A stretch of DNA of 64,000 nucleotides from an uncultured delta proteobacterium (GCA_963850305.1 CAWKKR010000008.1:1888001-1952000), one strand, 5' to 3'. Positions 10,035-19,883 are shown, counted from the stretch's first letter. Numbers and translations are program-made. Notes: generated by a model from the letters alone, not told the origin.

Positions 10035-10799
10035 TTGCGACTCTCTCTCGTTCTTCCCACCCTCGACGAGCGCGAGAGCATCGAACGCTTCGTCCCGTTG
10101 CTTCTCGCCGAGGTGCCGGAAATTGCCGAGATCATCGTCGTCGATGACGACTCTGCGGACGGCACCCCGGAAGCGGTGCTCGCGATACGAAACTCGGATC
10201 CGCGGGTGCGCTTGATTCGACGTCGCGGGCGCCCATGTCTCACGCTCGCGATCCAGGAGGGAATCGACGCGGCCAGGTCGGAGCTGATCGGCTGGATGGA
10301 CGCGGATCTGATCATGCAGCCGGTGGACCTTCGGCGTCTGATCGCGGCCGTGGCAGACGGTGCCGACGTCGCGATAGGATCGCGATTCGCCCCGGGTGGT
10401 CGCATCAAGGGACAGGAATCTGCCGGCCCGTTCGCGCGCCTGCGGGCGCTCGGGAACCTGAAGAACACCGAAGACCCGTGGTTGGGGGTCCTGCTCAGCT
10501 GGGCATTGAACGTCGTGGTGATCCCGCCGCTCGTCGGACTAGGGGTTCGCGACTACACGAGCGGCGTGATCGTCGCACGGAGCGATGCGATCCGCTCCCT
10601 GCGGCTCGAAGGCGATCACGGGGAGTACTTCATTCAGCTGACCTCGGACCTTGCGCGTTCGGGCGCGCGGGTCGTGGAGCTCGGCTACCGCATTCAGGCG
10701 CGAAAGTACGGCCGGTCGAAGACGGCGAACGATCTATCGGATTATGTCCGTCGGGGACGCGCGTACCTCGGCGCCGCGTGGCGCGCTCGCACGCCCTGA
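10035..10799 (+). CDS. GT2 glycosyltransferase, DPM1/polyprenol-phosphate glycosyltransferase-like
   Basis: LVLPTLDERESI, VVDDDSADGT, WMDADL (DxD), DVAIGSRF, RKYGRSK; TTG start. Confidence 0.85.
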   Translation: MRLSLVLPTLDERESIERFVPLLLAEVPEIAEIIVVDDDSADGTPEAVLAIRNSDPRVRLIRRRGRPCLTLAIQEGIDAARSELIGWMDADLIMQPVDLRRLIAAVADGADVAIGSRFAPGGRIKGQESAGPFARLRALGNLKNTEDPWLGVLLSWALNVVVIPPLVGLGVRDYTSGVIVARSDAIRSLRLEGDHGEYFIQLTSDLARSGARVVELGYRIQARKYGRSKTANDLSDYVRRGRAYLGAAWRARTP

Positions 10800-10801
10800 G
10801 C

Positions 10802-11791
10802 TCAACACCGTTCGAGTTCCGTGACGAGTATTTCCGCGGACGCCTCGGGGTCGCTGACCTCGAGGACGACGGACCGGGCGTGTGCGAGCACGGCGGTTGC
10901 CGCGCGGAGTCGCCCGAGAGCGGCGGGTAGCATCCGCGGCAGATCGACGGCCCCGCGCCGCGCAACGAGCTCGAGCACCTGCGGCAGCCCCAGACCCACG
11001 ACCAGGTCGCGAAACAGCACCTCGGCCGCGTTCCGCCGCGTCGCAGGCACGACGCGATCCGGCGGAACGCTCACTCGGCGATGCACTGCGAGCAGGCGAA
11101 CGGGGACGGGGTCGATGGCGAGCCGGTTTCGGAGGTCTGGAAGCTCGAGCAGCCACTTCGGCGGATGCTGCCGGCGAACGAACGGAGCGGCTCGCCCGAG
11201 ACCTAGAGCGGCGTCCGGTTGCGAGATCCCGATCGGGTGAGGAAACGGATATGCCGTGCCGTCACGGTCCAGCAGCACGACGTCGTCCCCCAGCAAGTAC
11301 GCATCCGTTCGACGCAGCACACCGAGAGCGAGCCGCGACTTGCCGCCCCCGGACGGCGTGAGAACGATCGCCGCGCGGCCGTTCTTGGAAACGCCGAGCG
11401 CATGGACGCGAAACAGCCCTCGCCGCTCCAGGAGGATGCCGAGGCGAGAGTGCGCCATCAAGTAGCCCAGCTCGACCAGATCCTCCGGAACCGGGGCGGT
11501 GACGCGCCCGCGCTCCCGAGAGAAATCGTACTCGCTGAGCGCCAGGCCGTGATGATCGACCCAGGTGAGCGGGCCACGGTTGTAGACGACTCCACGTTCG
11601 AGGATCTGATCGGCCTCGAGGCGCACGTGCGAAGGCAGTCCAGGAGTGCCTCGGACCAGCTCGATCCGTACGTCCGGCTCGGCCCGCGCCGTGGTGACGA
11701 AAGCATGGAAGTGAATTGCGAGCAGAGCCGTCGCGTCAGGATCGCCGCTCATCGCGATCCGCACGCCGTACACGTCGAGGTTCAGGTCCAC
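10802..11791 (-). CDS. HPr kinase/PEPCK-fold P-loop kinase (HprK-related)
   Basis: RVHALGVSKNGRAAIVLTPSGGGKS (HA...G...GxGKS), then YLLGDDVVLL (DD) and YPFP, the motif order of HprK-related kinases. Confidence 0.7.
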   Translation of the reverse strand: MDLNLDVYGVRIAMSGDPDATALLAIHFHAFVTTARAEPDVRIELVRGTPGLPSHVRLEADQILERGVVYNRGPLTWVDHHGLALSEYDFSRERGRVTAPVPEDLVELGYLMAHSRLGILLERRGLFRVHALGVSKNGRAAIVLTPSGGGKSRLALGVLRRTDAYLLGDDVVLLDRDGTAYPFPHPIGISQPDAALGLGRAAPFVRRQHPPKWLLELPDLRNRLAIDPVPVRLLAVHRRVSVPPDRVVPATRRNAAEVLFRDLVVGLGLPQVLELVARRGAVDLPRMLPAALGRLRAATAVLAHARSVVLEVSDPEASAEILVTELERC

Positions 11792-11939
11792 CGCTTGCTC
11801 CAGTGGGGTCGCGTCAATCCGATCTCAGGGCGGCTCCGTCCCGGGAGCGTCGATCATTTCGGGGCCCGAGGGTAGCCATCGAGTCTGAGCTCTCATCCCG
11901 ACGCTCCGCTCGCCCGGTCTTCGCCGCCGGGCCTTGGTG

Positions 11940-11945
11940 TAGACT
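11940..11945 (+). promoter_or_regulatory. Putative -10 hexamer (TAGACT) of a leaderless-type promoter
   Basis: 8 nt upstream of GTG 11954; no SD. Confidence 0.35.
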
Positions 11946-11953
11946 CCGCCTCC

Positions 11954-13453
11954 GTGCTCGAGTTCGCGCATCGAAGGCTTCTGCTCAGCGCTGCTCTCAT
12001 CGCGTTGACGGGCCTCCTGGCGTTCGGCTCGGCCCTGCGCTTCGATTTCGTTTACGACGATCGCTGGACGATCGTGGAAAACCAGTGGCTCGACGCGCCG
12101 CTCGGCAAGCTCATGGCGGAGACGGCCCGGGGTACGGCGCAGGCGGACGGCATGCCGGACGCTACGCGACCATCGATGATCGCCTCTCTGTGGCTCGATC
12201 GCCGCCTCTTTGGCGGAGCCCCCCGCGGATATCACATTCATTCACTGCTTCTTTACGCGCTTTCCGCGGGTGCAGCCACCTTCGCGGCATTCGCGATCGC
12301 TCGCGACGAACTCGTGGCTGTCCTTGCAGGTCTCGCTTTCGCGCTTTCGCCCGTGCACGCGGAAGCTGTCGCCGCCGTGAACTACCGCGAAGAGCTCATT
12401 GCCGGACTCGGGGTGCTCGTGCCGCTGGCTTGGTTGTTCTGGCCGGAGATCGAGCGCTCCACGGGCACCGTCCTCGCCGTCGCCGGGTGTCTGTCTTGGG
12501 GGCTACTCGGCAAGGAAAGCGGGCTTGCCATCGTGCCCGTGTTTCTCGCACTGGTCCTCGTCCTTCGCGTCGACAGAGACTTCTGGCGGTCGCGGGAGCT
12601 CCCATTGTTCGCCCTCGCGTCGGTGCTCATTCTCTGGCTGAACTGGCGGCTCGCGTTGACGATCTCCGGCGACGGAATTCCGCGGGCCCCGGGGGAGCCC
12701 GTGGCGACACGCATCTACGACTCCTGCCGGTTCACGGCGCGAGCGGTCTGGACCGCACTGCTTCCGTTCACGACCTCCCCGGAGTATCCGGCGTCTGCAC
12801 CCGCGTCTCCACTCTGGCTCATGGTTCCCGTCGCGCTCTTCGGGACCGTGCTACTCCTGGCGCGAAGGCCAGGGACGCGCACCGTGGCAGCCGGCCTTTC
12901 TATCGCGGCGCTGGCGCCAATCGTGGCCTCGCCGCTCTTCGGTCCGGTCAACCCCTGGGCGGATCGATACGTGTTCGTCGGGGTCCTCGGCGGCAGTCTC
13001 GTGTGGGCCGAAGCCGGATCGCGGCTCAGGCGCTGGCTCCCTCGTCCCGCCCGAGTCCCGCTGCTCGTGGTCGCCTGCGCTTCGGCCGGCATCGCGTGCT
13101 TCGGAGCCGCGAGGGCGTGGGCCACGGAGCGGTCGGTCTGGACGGCCGCACTCGACCACGCGCCCGATTCGCCGCGTGCGTGGGCCGCCATGTCGCGCGT
13201 CGAGCGGCTCGACGGTCATCTCGACGCCGCCAATCACGACGTGGCTCGCGCCCTCGCGCTCGATCCATTCTATGCGCCGGCGCGGGTGACACGCACTTAC
13301 AATCTTCTTGCACGCGGGAACCTCGTCGACGCCCGCAAGGAGATCGAACGGCTCGAACTCCTGGGCGGCGAGCATCCGGGGCTCGAGCGCGCGCGACAGT
13401 GCGCGGCGCGCGACGCCGCCGACGCGCGTCGCTGCATTCGAGGTAGACGATAG
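11954..13453 (+). CDS. TMTC-like GT-C membrane protein with C-terminal TPRs (putative protein O-glycosyltransferase)
   Basis: FVYDDRWTIVEN (DD after TM1), GYHIHSLLLY, HAEAVAAVNYREEL, GKES, DRYVF; TPR-like helices PDSPRAWAAMS...ALALDPFYAPA. Confidence 0.7.
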   Translation: MLEFAHRRLLLSAALIALTGLLAFGSALRFDFVYDDRWTIVENQWLDAPLGKLMAETARGTAQADGMPDATRPSMIASLWLDRRLFGGAPRGYHIHSLLLYALSAGAATFAAFAIARDELVAVLAGLAFALSPVHAEAVAAVNYREELIAGLGVLVPLAWLFWPEIERSTGTVLAVAGCLSWGLLGKESGLAIVPVFLALVLVLRVDRDFWRSRELPLFALASVLILWLNWRLALTISGDGIPRAPGEPVATRIYDSCRFTARAVWTALLPFTTSPEYPASAPASPLWLMVPVALFGTVLLLARRPGTRTVAAGLSIAALAPIVASPLFGPVNPWADRYVFVGVLGGSLVWAEAGSRLRRWLPRPARVPLLVVACASAGIACFGAARAWATERSVWTAALDHAPDSPRAWAAMSRVERLDGHLDAANHDVARALALDPFYAPARVTRTYNLLARGNLVDARKEIERLELLGGEHPGLERARQCAARDAADARRCIRGRR

Positions 13454-13457
13454 TCGC

Positions 13458-15392
13458 ATGCGGTTCATTCCCGTGTACTCTCCGGCGCTCGCTCCCGCCG
13501 ATGCCCTCGCCGTCAAAACGACGGTCGAACACGGGTTTATCTCCTGGAACGCTCCGGTCGTTCGCGCGTTCGAGTCGAGCTGGTCCGGGCGTTGCGGCAT
13601 GGCCGGCGCCGTCGCAGTATCGAGCGGCACCGCTGCGCTCGAGCTCGCCGTGTCGGCGCTGGGGCTCGGGCCGGGTGACGAGGTGCTCTGTCCCGCGCTC
13701 ACCATCATCTCGTGTGCTCGCGCCATCGTCCTCGCGGGCGCTACACCCGTGCTTGTCGACGTGGAGCCTGGCACGTGGTGTCTCGACGTGGAGCATGCCG
13801 AGCGGCGCGTGACGCCCCGCACCCGAGCCCTCCTCGGGGTGCATCTCTTCGGGCACCCCTATCGTCACGATGCCGTTGCGTCCCTCGCCGCTCTTCGAGA
13901 CCTCGCCGTCATCGAGGACGCGGCGCAGGCGCACGGCGCGTCCGTTCACGTCGGCGGCACGCGCTTGCCGTGCGGCGGACTCGGCGACGTCGCGTGCCTG
14001 AGCTTCTACGCGAACAAGGCCGTCACCACGGGCGAAGGGGGCATGGTGCTTTGCCGCGACGCAGCTCTGGTCGAGCGGGTTCGCGATCTCTCGAATCTGT
14101 CCTTCGGCAAGGAAGCTCGGTTCCGGCACGACGAACTCGGTCACAACTATCGCATGTCGGCTCTCCAGGCAGCGCTCGGCCAGTCGCAGCTCGAGCGCCT
14201 CGACGAGACGGTTCGAACCAAGCGCCGGCTCGCGCAGATGTATGCGCACCGTCTCGAAGCGCTCGGTGATTGGACCCCGCAGGAGATCGCGAGCGGAGCC
14301 GAGCCGAGCCCATGGATGATTGCTGGGGTCCTCGGCGACGGAGTTCGGGCCAAGGCCGTGGATGTTGCCGCCGCGCTCGCGCGCCGCGGCGTCGAAACGC
14401 GACCCTTCTTCGTCGGCATGCACGAGCAGCCGGCATTTCTGGAGCAAGGCTACTTTCGCGGCGAACGTTATCCGGTGACGGAGCGCCTGTCGGAGCGCGG
14501 GCTTTACTTACCGTCGGGCCACGACCTCGACGAAGAAGCCGTGGACTACGTCGCGAATGCGCTCGCGGAGAGCATCGCGGAGGTCGGCCGAGCGAGCCGA
14601 TCCGCGCCAGGAGCGCATCCCGTGATCGAGCACGACGACGCCGAGCCGAAGCACCCGTTCGGCGCGCTCTATGCCGACGCCTACGACGGGCTCTACGCCG
14701 ACAAGGACTACGAGGGGGAAACCCGCACGCTCTCGATCTGCTTCGAGCGTTTCGCTCAGCATCCGGTCCGGCGCGTGCTCGATCTCGGCTGCGGTACCGG
14801 TCGACACGCCGAAACCCTCGTTCGTGCAGGGTATGCCGTCGTCGGAGTGGATCGCTCGGAGGCGATGCTCGAGATCGCGCGGAGCCGCGTGCCGGCCGCT
14901 CGTTTCGTCGCCGCGGATATCGGCCACGTCACGCTCGATGAAACGTTCGACGCAGTCGTCATGTTGTTCGGTGTTCTCAGCTATCAGACGACCGTCGACG
15001 ATCTAACCCGGACCCTGTCGAACGTCCGCCGCCACCTGGTCCCGGGCGGACTGTTCATCACCGACATCTGGTACGGCGTATCGACGGCATCCCCGCGACG
15101 GAGTCGGAGGACGGCCAGCGTTGGCGAGGTGGAATGGGTGCGCACCGGGTCCTTCTCGCGCGTCCCGGACGCGCAGCGCGTCGACGTGCGCTTCGAGCTC
15201 GAGCGCCGTGAAGGAGGACGAAGCCGGGTCGTCGAAGAGCTTCACCAGATGCATTACTTTCACCGCTTCGAGCTCGAGTTTGCCCTTCGCGCGGCGAACA
15301 TGGATCTGCTCCGCGTCGGCACGTATGCCGACGTCGAACGTTCGCCGGGGCGCGACCAATCGTCGGCTCTCGTAGTCGCTCGGGCCTCGTAA
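13458..15392 (+). CDS. Fused DegT/DnrJ/EryC1/StrS (perosamine synthase-like) aminotransferase plus class I SAM methyltransferase
   Basis: SSGTAAL, EDAAQAHG, SFYANKAVTTGEGG (PLP Lys), GHNYRM; then YADAYDGLYADKDYEGE, VLDLGCGTGRHA, GVDRSEAML. One uninterrupted ORF, ATG 13458. Confidence 0.9.
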   Translation: MRFIPVYSPALAPADALAVKTTVEHGFISWNAPVVRAFESSWSGRCGMAGAVAVSSGTAALELAVSALGLGPGDEVLCPALTIISCARAIVLAGATPVLVDVEPGTWCLDVEHAERRVTPRTRALLGVHLFGHPYRHDAVASLAALRDLAVIEDAAQAHGASVHVGGTRLPCGGLGDVACLSFYANKAVTTGEGGMVLCRDAALVERVRDLSNLSFGKEARFRHDELGHNYRMSALQAALGQSQLERLDETVRTKRRLAQMYAHRLEALGDWTPQEIASGAEPSPWMIAGVLGDGVRAKAVDVAAALARRGVETRPFFVGMHEQPAFLEQGYFRGERYPVTERLSERGLYLPSGHDLDEEAVDYVANALAESIAEVGRASRSAPGAHPVIEHDDAEPKHPFGALYADAYDGLYADKDYEGETRTLSICFERFAQHPVRRVLDLGCGTGRHAETLVRAGYAVVGVDRSEAMLEIARSRVPAARFVAADIGHVTLDETFDAVVMLFGVLSYQTTVDDLTRTLSNVRRHLVPGGLFITDIWYGVSTASPRRSRRTASVGEVEWVRTGSFSRVPDAQRVDVRFELERREGGRSRVVEELHQMHYFHRFELEFALRAANMDLLRVGTYADVERSPGRDQSSALVVARAS

Positions 15393-18300
15393 ATGTCGGC
15401 GTCGGGTGACGGCTTCCATCGAGCGATCGCGGGGCGGCCGTGGCTCGTCAGGGGGTGGCCGTTCGTCGTCTTCGCTTTGAGTCCGTTCATCGTTTACCCC
15501 TGGGGGTTCATCCGAAACGGGTTGCTCGATGGCGGCGACGACGTGTTGTCGAACCTGCCGATGCTTCTGCACTCGGCGCGCGCGCTGCTCCGATTGGAGG
15601 TGTTCTGGACCCCGGCGCTATGGCTCGGTACTCCGCTGCTCGAAGAGCCCGAGTTCGGGACTTTCTATCTTCCGCACCTCGGCCTTCTGGTTCTGCCGCC
15701 CGTCACGGCGTTCGCGATCTACGTCCTCGTCCACTACGTGCTCGCACAGGTGTCGTTCTTCGCGTACGCACGCTCGCTCGATCTGTCGCGCGGCGCGGCG
15801 GTGTTCGGCGCATTCGCGTATGCGTTCTCGGGCTTCATGATGGGTCACCGCGGGCACACCATGTATCTGGTGGCCGGCGCCTGGGCACCCCTGTTTTTTG
15901 CCTTCTTGCGCCGTCTCGAACTCGGTCGGGGCCGTTTCGACGTGCTCGGCGCGACCTTGAGCTTCGCCGCGCTGCCCCTGTGTGGCGCAATGCAACTCAC
16001 CGCGTACCTCGTACTGGCCGCGGTCGTTCTTCAGGGGACCCGTGCTGCGCTGCTCCGGACCTGGCGCCCCCTCGGGCTGCTGGTTCTCGTCCTGGTCCCT
16101 GCCACTCTCGTGGGTGCCCTCCAGATCTTGCCGAGTCTCGGGTTGTCGGCACAAGTCGTGGACCTGCCCGGAGATCGTTACGCGTTTGCCACCTTGCTCT
16201 CCTATGATCCGAAGCAACTCCCTCTGCTGCTGGCGCCGCTCGACCCATCGTCGTGCACGGAGCTCTACAGCCATATTGGTGGCATAGCGCTGGCGTTCGT
16301 ATGCGTCGCCGTCGCATACCGACGGGATGACGTCGTTCTCGCGTGGTGCGTCGTCTCTGCGACGGCGCTCGTACTGATGCTGGGACGTCACGTGCCGGTG
16401 TTGCCCCACGTGCTCGAAAGCCTGCCTATCGTCGATGTTTTCCGGGGTCCCGTGCGCCACAACTTCGAACTGGGTCTGGCCGCCTCGGTCCTATCGGCGA
16501 TCGGATTCGACGCTGCATTCGCTGGCGAACGTGCGTCGCATCGCATATGGATCTGGCTCGCCGGAGCCCTTGTAGTCGCTGTCGTAGCGTGGGTGCTGGG
16601 CGTGGCCGCGACGCGGAGCTCGATGTCTCTGCAGGCCGCGAGTGCCCTGGCAAAAGCCGCAGAGCACGGCCCGGTGCGAGTCGGGGCCATCGCACTCGGA
16701 CTGGGCGTCGCCGCCGTGGGCTTTGCCGGAACGCGCGTGCGCCGCTCCGTGCTGGTCCTCGTCTCGTTCGCGCCGCTCTTCGATGCGCGGTACTCCGTGC
16801 GGACCTTCGACCGCGTCTGGCCAGACTTCGCCGAAGAGCTGTCGACGGCGGACGTCAGAAGCGGTGTCACGACGGACTTCGTCCGTGTTTTGCCGCCGCC
16901 GATGTCCCTGGCCGGCCCCGACGCGTTGGCGGCGAACACTGCGCTCGCGATCCCCGGGCTCGGGCACCTCCTCGGCTATGCCTCGCGCGTTCATCGCGAT
17001 GTCGCGGCGGTTTTCGATACCGACATGCACGGATTTCCGAGGGAGCCCGACGATCTCGCATGGTCTCGCTTGCCCGAGACGTTTGGCGCCTCGTACTTGA
17101 TCTTGCCGGAAGCCATCTGCGCACCGGTCGACTGCGGGGTTCGAAGCGTGGCGCCTGACGAAGCGTGCGGCGAAGGACACGCCGCGGTCGACTTGTCGCT
17201 TGGTGCCCGCGAGCTGCGATGTCACGAGCCTCTCACCGAAGGGCGCGCTCGGTTGCGCGTCGAGGCGCGCCGGCCGCGTGCCCCAGTCCCGACTGCGATG
17301 CGGGTAGATTTCGTGGGCCGAGGGCCGCGGGCGTTCGTCGACACGCTCGAGTTTCGTAAGCGCCAGTTCGGCCAATGGCTATCCGATCACGCGCCGCCAC
17401 CTCACGGTTGGATGACCGTTTCCGCACTCGAGCCCAGGCGGCTCGAGGTGGAGAACGTTCAGCTGATCGAAGAAGCGTTGCAGCCCATCGTCAATCTCGA
17501 TGCGCATGCTCGCCCCGAGCTCTTTGGTGCAACGGCGACGGAGGATTCGCTTCGACTCGCCCCCGACGGCCCCGTCGTACGCGCGGAGAAGGCGTTCGAC
17601 TGGCCCCCATGGCTCCGCTCGTCGACGAGACGTCGCTTCAAGCCGCTCATGGAGCTCGAAGTGGTGGCGCGAGCGGACACGCCTCCGTCGAACCCGCTCA
17701 TCGCGGATCTGTACGCGGGGCCCAAATTCGACCCCGTGAGCGCGCAGATGGCGGTCGATCCAAGAGCGCTCGGCCGATTCTTCGCGATTCACACTGCGCC
17801 CGCCGAGGCCGTGGACCCGCCTGCGAAGGCCGCGCTTCGCGTGTTGCTCGAAGGCCGCGGAGCGGTGGAAGTGGAACGCGCGCGGCTTCTGGCGGAGCAT
17901 CGTCGATCGCTCGTCGAGCTGGCAGGAAGGCGCGATGCAACGGGGACGGACTTCGGCATCGAGTCGAACGTCTCGGTCGGACCGAGAGGGGTCGCGAAGG
18001 TCGAATATCACTTGCCCATGCGACCCGTGCAGATCGAGCTCGTCGTTTATGCGGTCGGCGGGGGCGAAAGAACGCTTGCCTTCGGGATCAGGGCCGATCC
18101 CGGGACCTCGGCGAGGCTCGAGTGGCAGCATTCGGTGGTGGTCGACCCGGCGCGATCGAGACGATACACCCTGACCGCAGCGTTGCCGCCGACCGCCGGC
18201 GAGATCGAGCCCTTCGCGGCTGCCCTGAAAGGATCGCCCGTCCAGGTCCTAAGGCTGGCGCTCCACGACGCTTGTTCGTCGAAATTGCTCGTGCCGCTTC

Positions 18301-18794
18301 GCACGCTGGACAGCGGGTGGGTCGTGTATCGCGACGAGGGCGCCTTGCCGCGAGCGTTCACCGTCGGAGAGGCGCGCATCGTACAATCTCTCGAAGACGC
18401 CCGGCACGTGCTTCGCGACGACGTCGACTTCGACCCCAGGAAGACGGCTCTCTTGCTTCCGGACGCTCGAGTTCCGAAAAACCTGGTTTCGGGCATCGTC
18501 GAGCATCAGGAGTTCGGGGCGGAAACGGTCGAGGTCCGGGTGCGCGCGGTCGGCGGGCCCACGCTGCTCGTGATCAACGATCGGTATCACGACCGCTGGC
18601 GCGCCACGGTGGACGGCGTGGCGACGTCGATCGACCGCGCGAATGGGCTCGTTCGTGCCGTGGTGGTGCCGGAGGGAACACACGTGGTTCGTATGCGCTA
18701 CGTTCCGCCGTGGACGATCCCTGCCGGCGCAGCCTCGGCCGTTCTGGGACTCGTTCTCGGGTTCTCCGTCCGGCGGCGGTCGCCCCGGAAGTGA
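15393..18794 (+). CDS. YfhO-family GT-C membrane protein with large extracytoplasmic insertion
   Basis: N-terminal multi-TM region (FAYAFSGFM, AWAPL, GALQILP). YfhO-like C-terminus PRAF...LLVINDRYHDRWRATVDG...RANGLVRAVVVPEGTHVVRMRYVP, plus a final TM. Confidence 0.75.
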   Translation: MSASGDGFHRAIAGRPWLVRGWPFVVFALSPFIVYPWGFIRNGLLDGGDDVLSNLPMLLHSARALLRLEVFWTPALWLGTPLLEEPEFGTFYLPHLGLLVLPPVTAFAIYVLVHYVLAQVSFFAYARSLDLSRGAAVFGAFAYAFSGFMMGHRGHTMYLVAGAWAPLFFAFLRRLELGRGRFDVLGATLSFAALPLCGAMQLTAYLVLAAVVLQGTRAALLRTWRPLGLLVLVLVPATLVGALQILPSLGLSAQVVDLPGDRYAFATLLSYDPKQLPLLLAPLDPSSCTELYSHIGGIALAFVCVAVAYRRDDVVLAWCVVSATALVLMLGRHVPVLPHVLESLPIVDVFRGPVRHNFELGLAASVLSAIGFDAAFAGERASHRIWIWLAGALVVAVVAWVLGVAATRSSMSLQAASALAKAAEHGPVRVGAIALGLGVAAVGFAGTRVRRSVLVLVSFAPLFDARYSVRTFDRVWPDFAEELSTADVRSGVTTDFVRVLPPPMSLAGPDALAANTALAIPGLGHLLGYASRVHRDVAAVFDTDMHGFPREPDDLAWSRLPETFGASYLILPEAICAPVDCGVRSVAPDEACGEGHAAVDLSLGARELRCHEPLTEGRARLRVEARRPRAPVPTAMRVDFVGRGPRAFVDTLEFRKRQFGQWLSDHAPPPHGWMTVSALEPRRLEVENVQLIEEALQPIVNLDAHARPELFGATATEDSLRLAPDGPVVRAEKAFDWPPWLRSSTRRRFKPLMELEVVARADTPPSNPLIADLYAGPKFDPVSAQMAVDPRALGRFFAIHTAPAEAVDPPAKAALRVLLEGRGAVEVERARLLAEHRRSLVELAGRRDATGTDFGIESNVSVGPRGVAKVEYHLPMRPVQIELVVYAVGGGERTLAFGIRADPGTSARLEWQHSVVVDPARSRRYTLTAALPPTAGEIEPFAAALKGSPVQVLRLALHDACSSKLLVPLRTLDSGWVVYRDEGALPRAFTVGEARIVQSLEDARHVLRDDVDFDPRKTALLLPDARVPKNLVSGIVEHQEFGAETVEVRVRAVGGPTLLVINDRYHDRWRATVDGVATSIDRANGLVRAVVVPEGTHVVRMRYVPPWTIPAGAASAVLGLVLGFSVRRRSPRK

Positions 18795-18848
18795 GCGCGC
18801 ACCGCCATCGCGTTCTGATAGGCTTCACGACATCTCTCCGGTCGCCGC

Positions 18849-19856
18849 ATGATCAATCTCTCCGGTCAAAAGGTCATGGTCGCGGGCGGGGCAGGGTTCG
18901 TCGGTAGCCACGTCGTGCACGAGCTCCTCGCCCTCGGTGCGCAGGTCATCGTCTACGACAATTTTCTTCACGGGGTGCGCGGACACATCGAGGACCTTCC
19001 CGGCTCGGTCGAGGTCGTCATCGGCGACGTGCTGGACGAATACAAGCTCTACAACGCGTTCATGCACCACCGTCCGCGATACGCAATGAGCCTCGTCGGG
19101 GACACGTACGTGCCGACTGCTTACGATATTCCAAAGCGGTTTCTGCGGGTGAATGTCGAGGGGACGATGAACCTCCTCCTCGCGGCGAAGATGGCCGAAG
19201 TCGAGCGCGTCCTGTACGTGTCATCGACCGAGGTTTACGGCGAGGCGACCCAGGTGCCGATGACGGAACAGCACCCGCTCTTGCCGCTCAACACGTATGC
19301 AGTGAGCAAGCTCGCCGCGGATCGACTCTGTTACACGTTCCACCTCGAGCACGGGGTGCCCGTCGTCATTGCGCGAATCTATAACTGCTATGGACCCCGC
19401 GAGACGCAGCCCTACGTCATCCCCGAGATCATCACACAGCTCGACAAAGGGCCCGTCGTGGAGCTCGGCAACGCGAACGCGCGGCGTGACTTCACGTACG
19501 TCGCGGACACCGCATGTGGACTGATTGCCGCGCTTTCTTCCTCGCTTCAGAGTGGGGATGTCGTCAACGTCGGTTCCGGCGTGACGTTCAGCGTGCGGGA
19601 GCTTGTCGACAAGATTGCCCCGATGATGGGCCACCGGGAGTGGGAGATCCGCACGAATGCGCGGAGGCTGCGCCGCTTCGATATCCAACACTTCGAGTGC
19701 GATGCGACGAAGCTACGGAAGCTCACGGGGTGGAGACCACGCGTGGCCATCGACGAAGGACTCGGGCGCACGATCGAATGGTTCAGGACCCACGGCCACG
19801 CCTGGTCGTGGGAACGGTGGGTCGACGGCACGATCGTCTACGACGCCGCGCTCTGA
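18849..19856 (+). CDS. NAD-dependent NDP-sugar epimerase/4,6-dehydratase (extended SDR)
   Basis: GGAGFVG, YVSSTEVYG, YAVSK (YxxxK), RIYNCYGP, RDFTYVADT. Confidence 0.9.
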   Translation: MINLSGQKVMVAGGAGFVGSHVVHELLALGAQVIVYDNFLHGVRGHIEDLPGSVEVVIGDVLDEYKLYNAFMHHRPRYAMSLVGDTYVPTAYDIPKRFLRVNVEGTMNLLLAAKMAEVERVLYVSSTEVYGEATQVPMTEQHPLLPLNTYAVSKLAADRLCYTFHLEHGVPVVIARIYNCYGPRETQPYVIPEIITQLDKGPVVELGNANARRDFTYVADTACGLIAALSSSLQSGDVVNVGSGVTFSVRELVDKIAPMMGHREWEIRTNARRLRRFDIQHFECDATKLRKLTGWRPRVAIDEGLGRTIEWFRTHGHAWSWERWVDGTIVYDAAL

Positions 19857-19883
19857 CCACGCTGCGCGTCTTTCAGCGACCTG

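Noticed and set aside
2..11791. Lasso peptide or other RiPP cluster
   Set aside because: No asparagine-synthetase-like cyclase, transglutaminase-like peptidase, PqqD/RRE or convincing precursor ORF is in the window. It cannot be excluded upstream of position 1.
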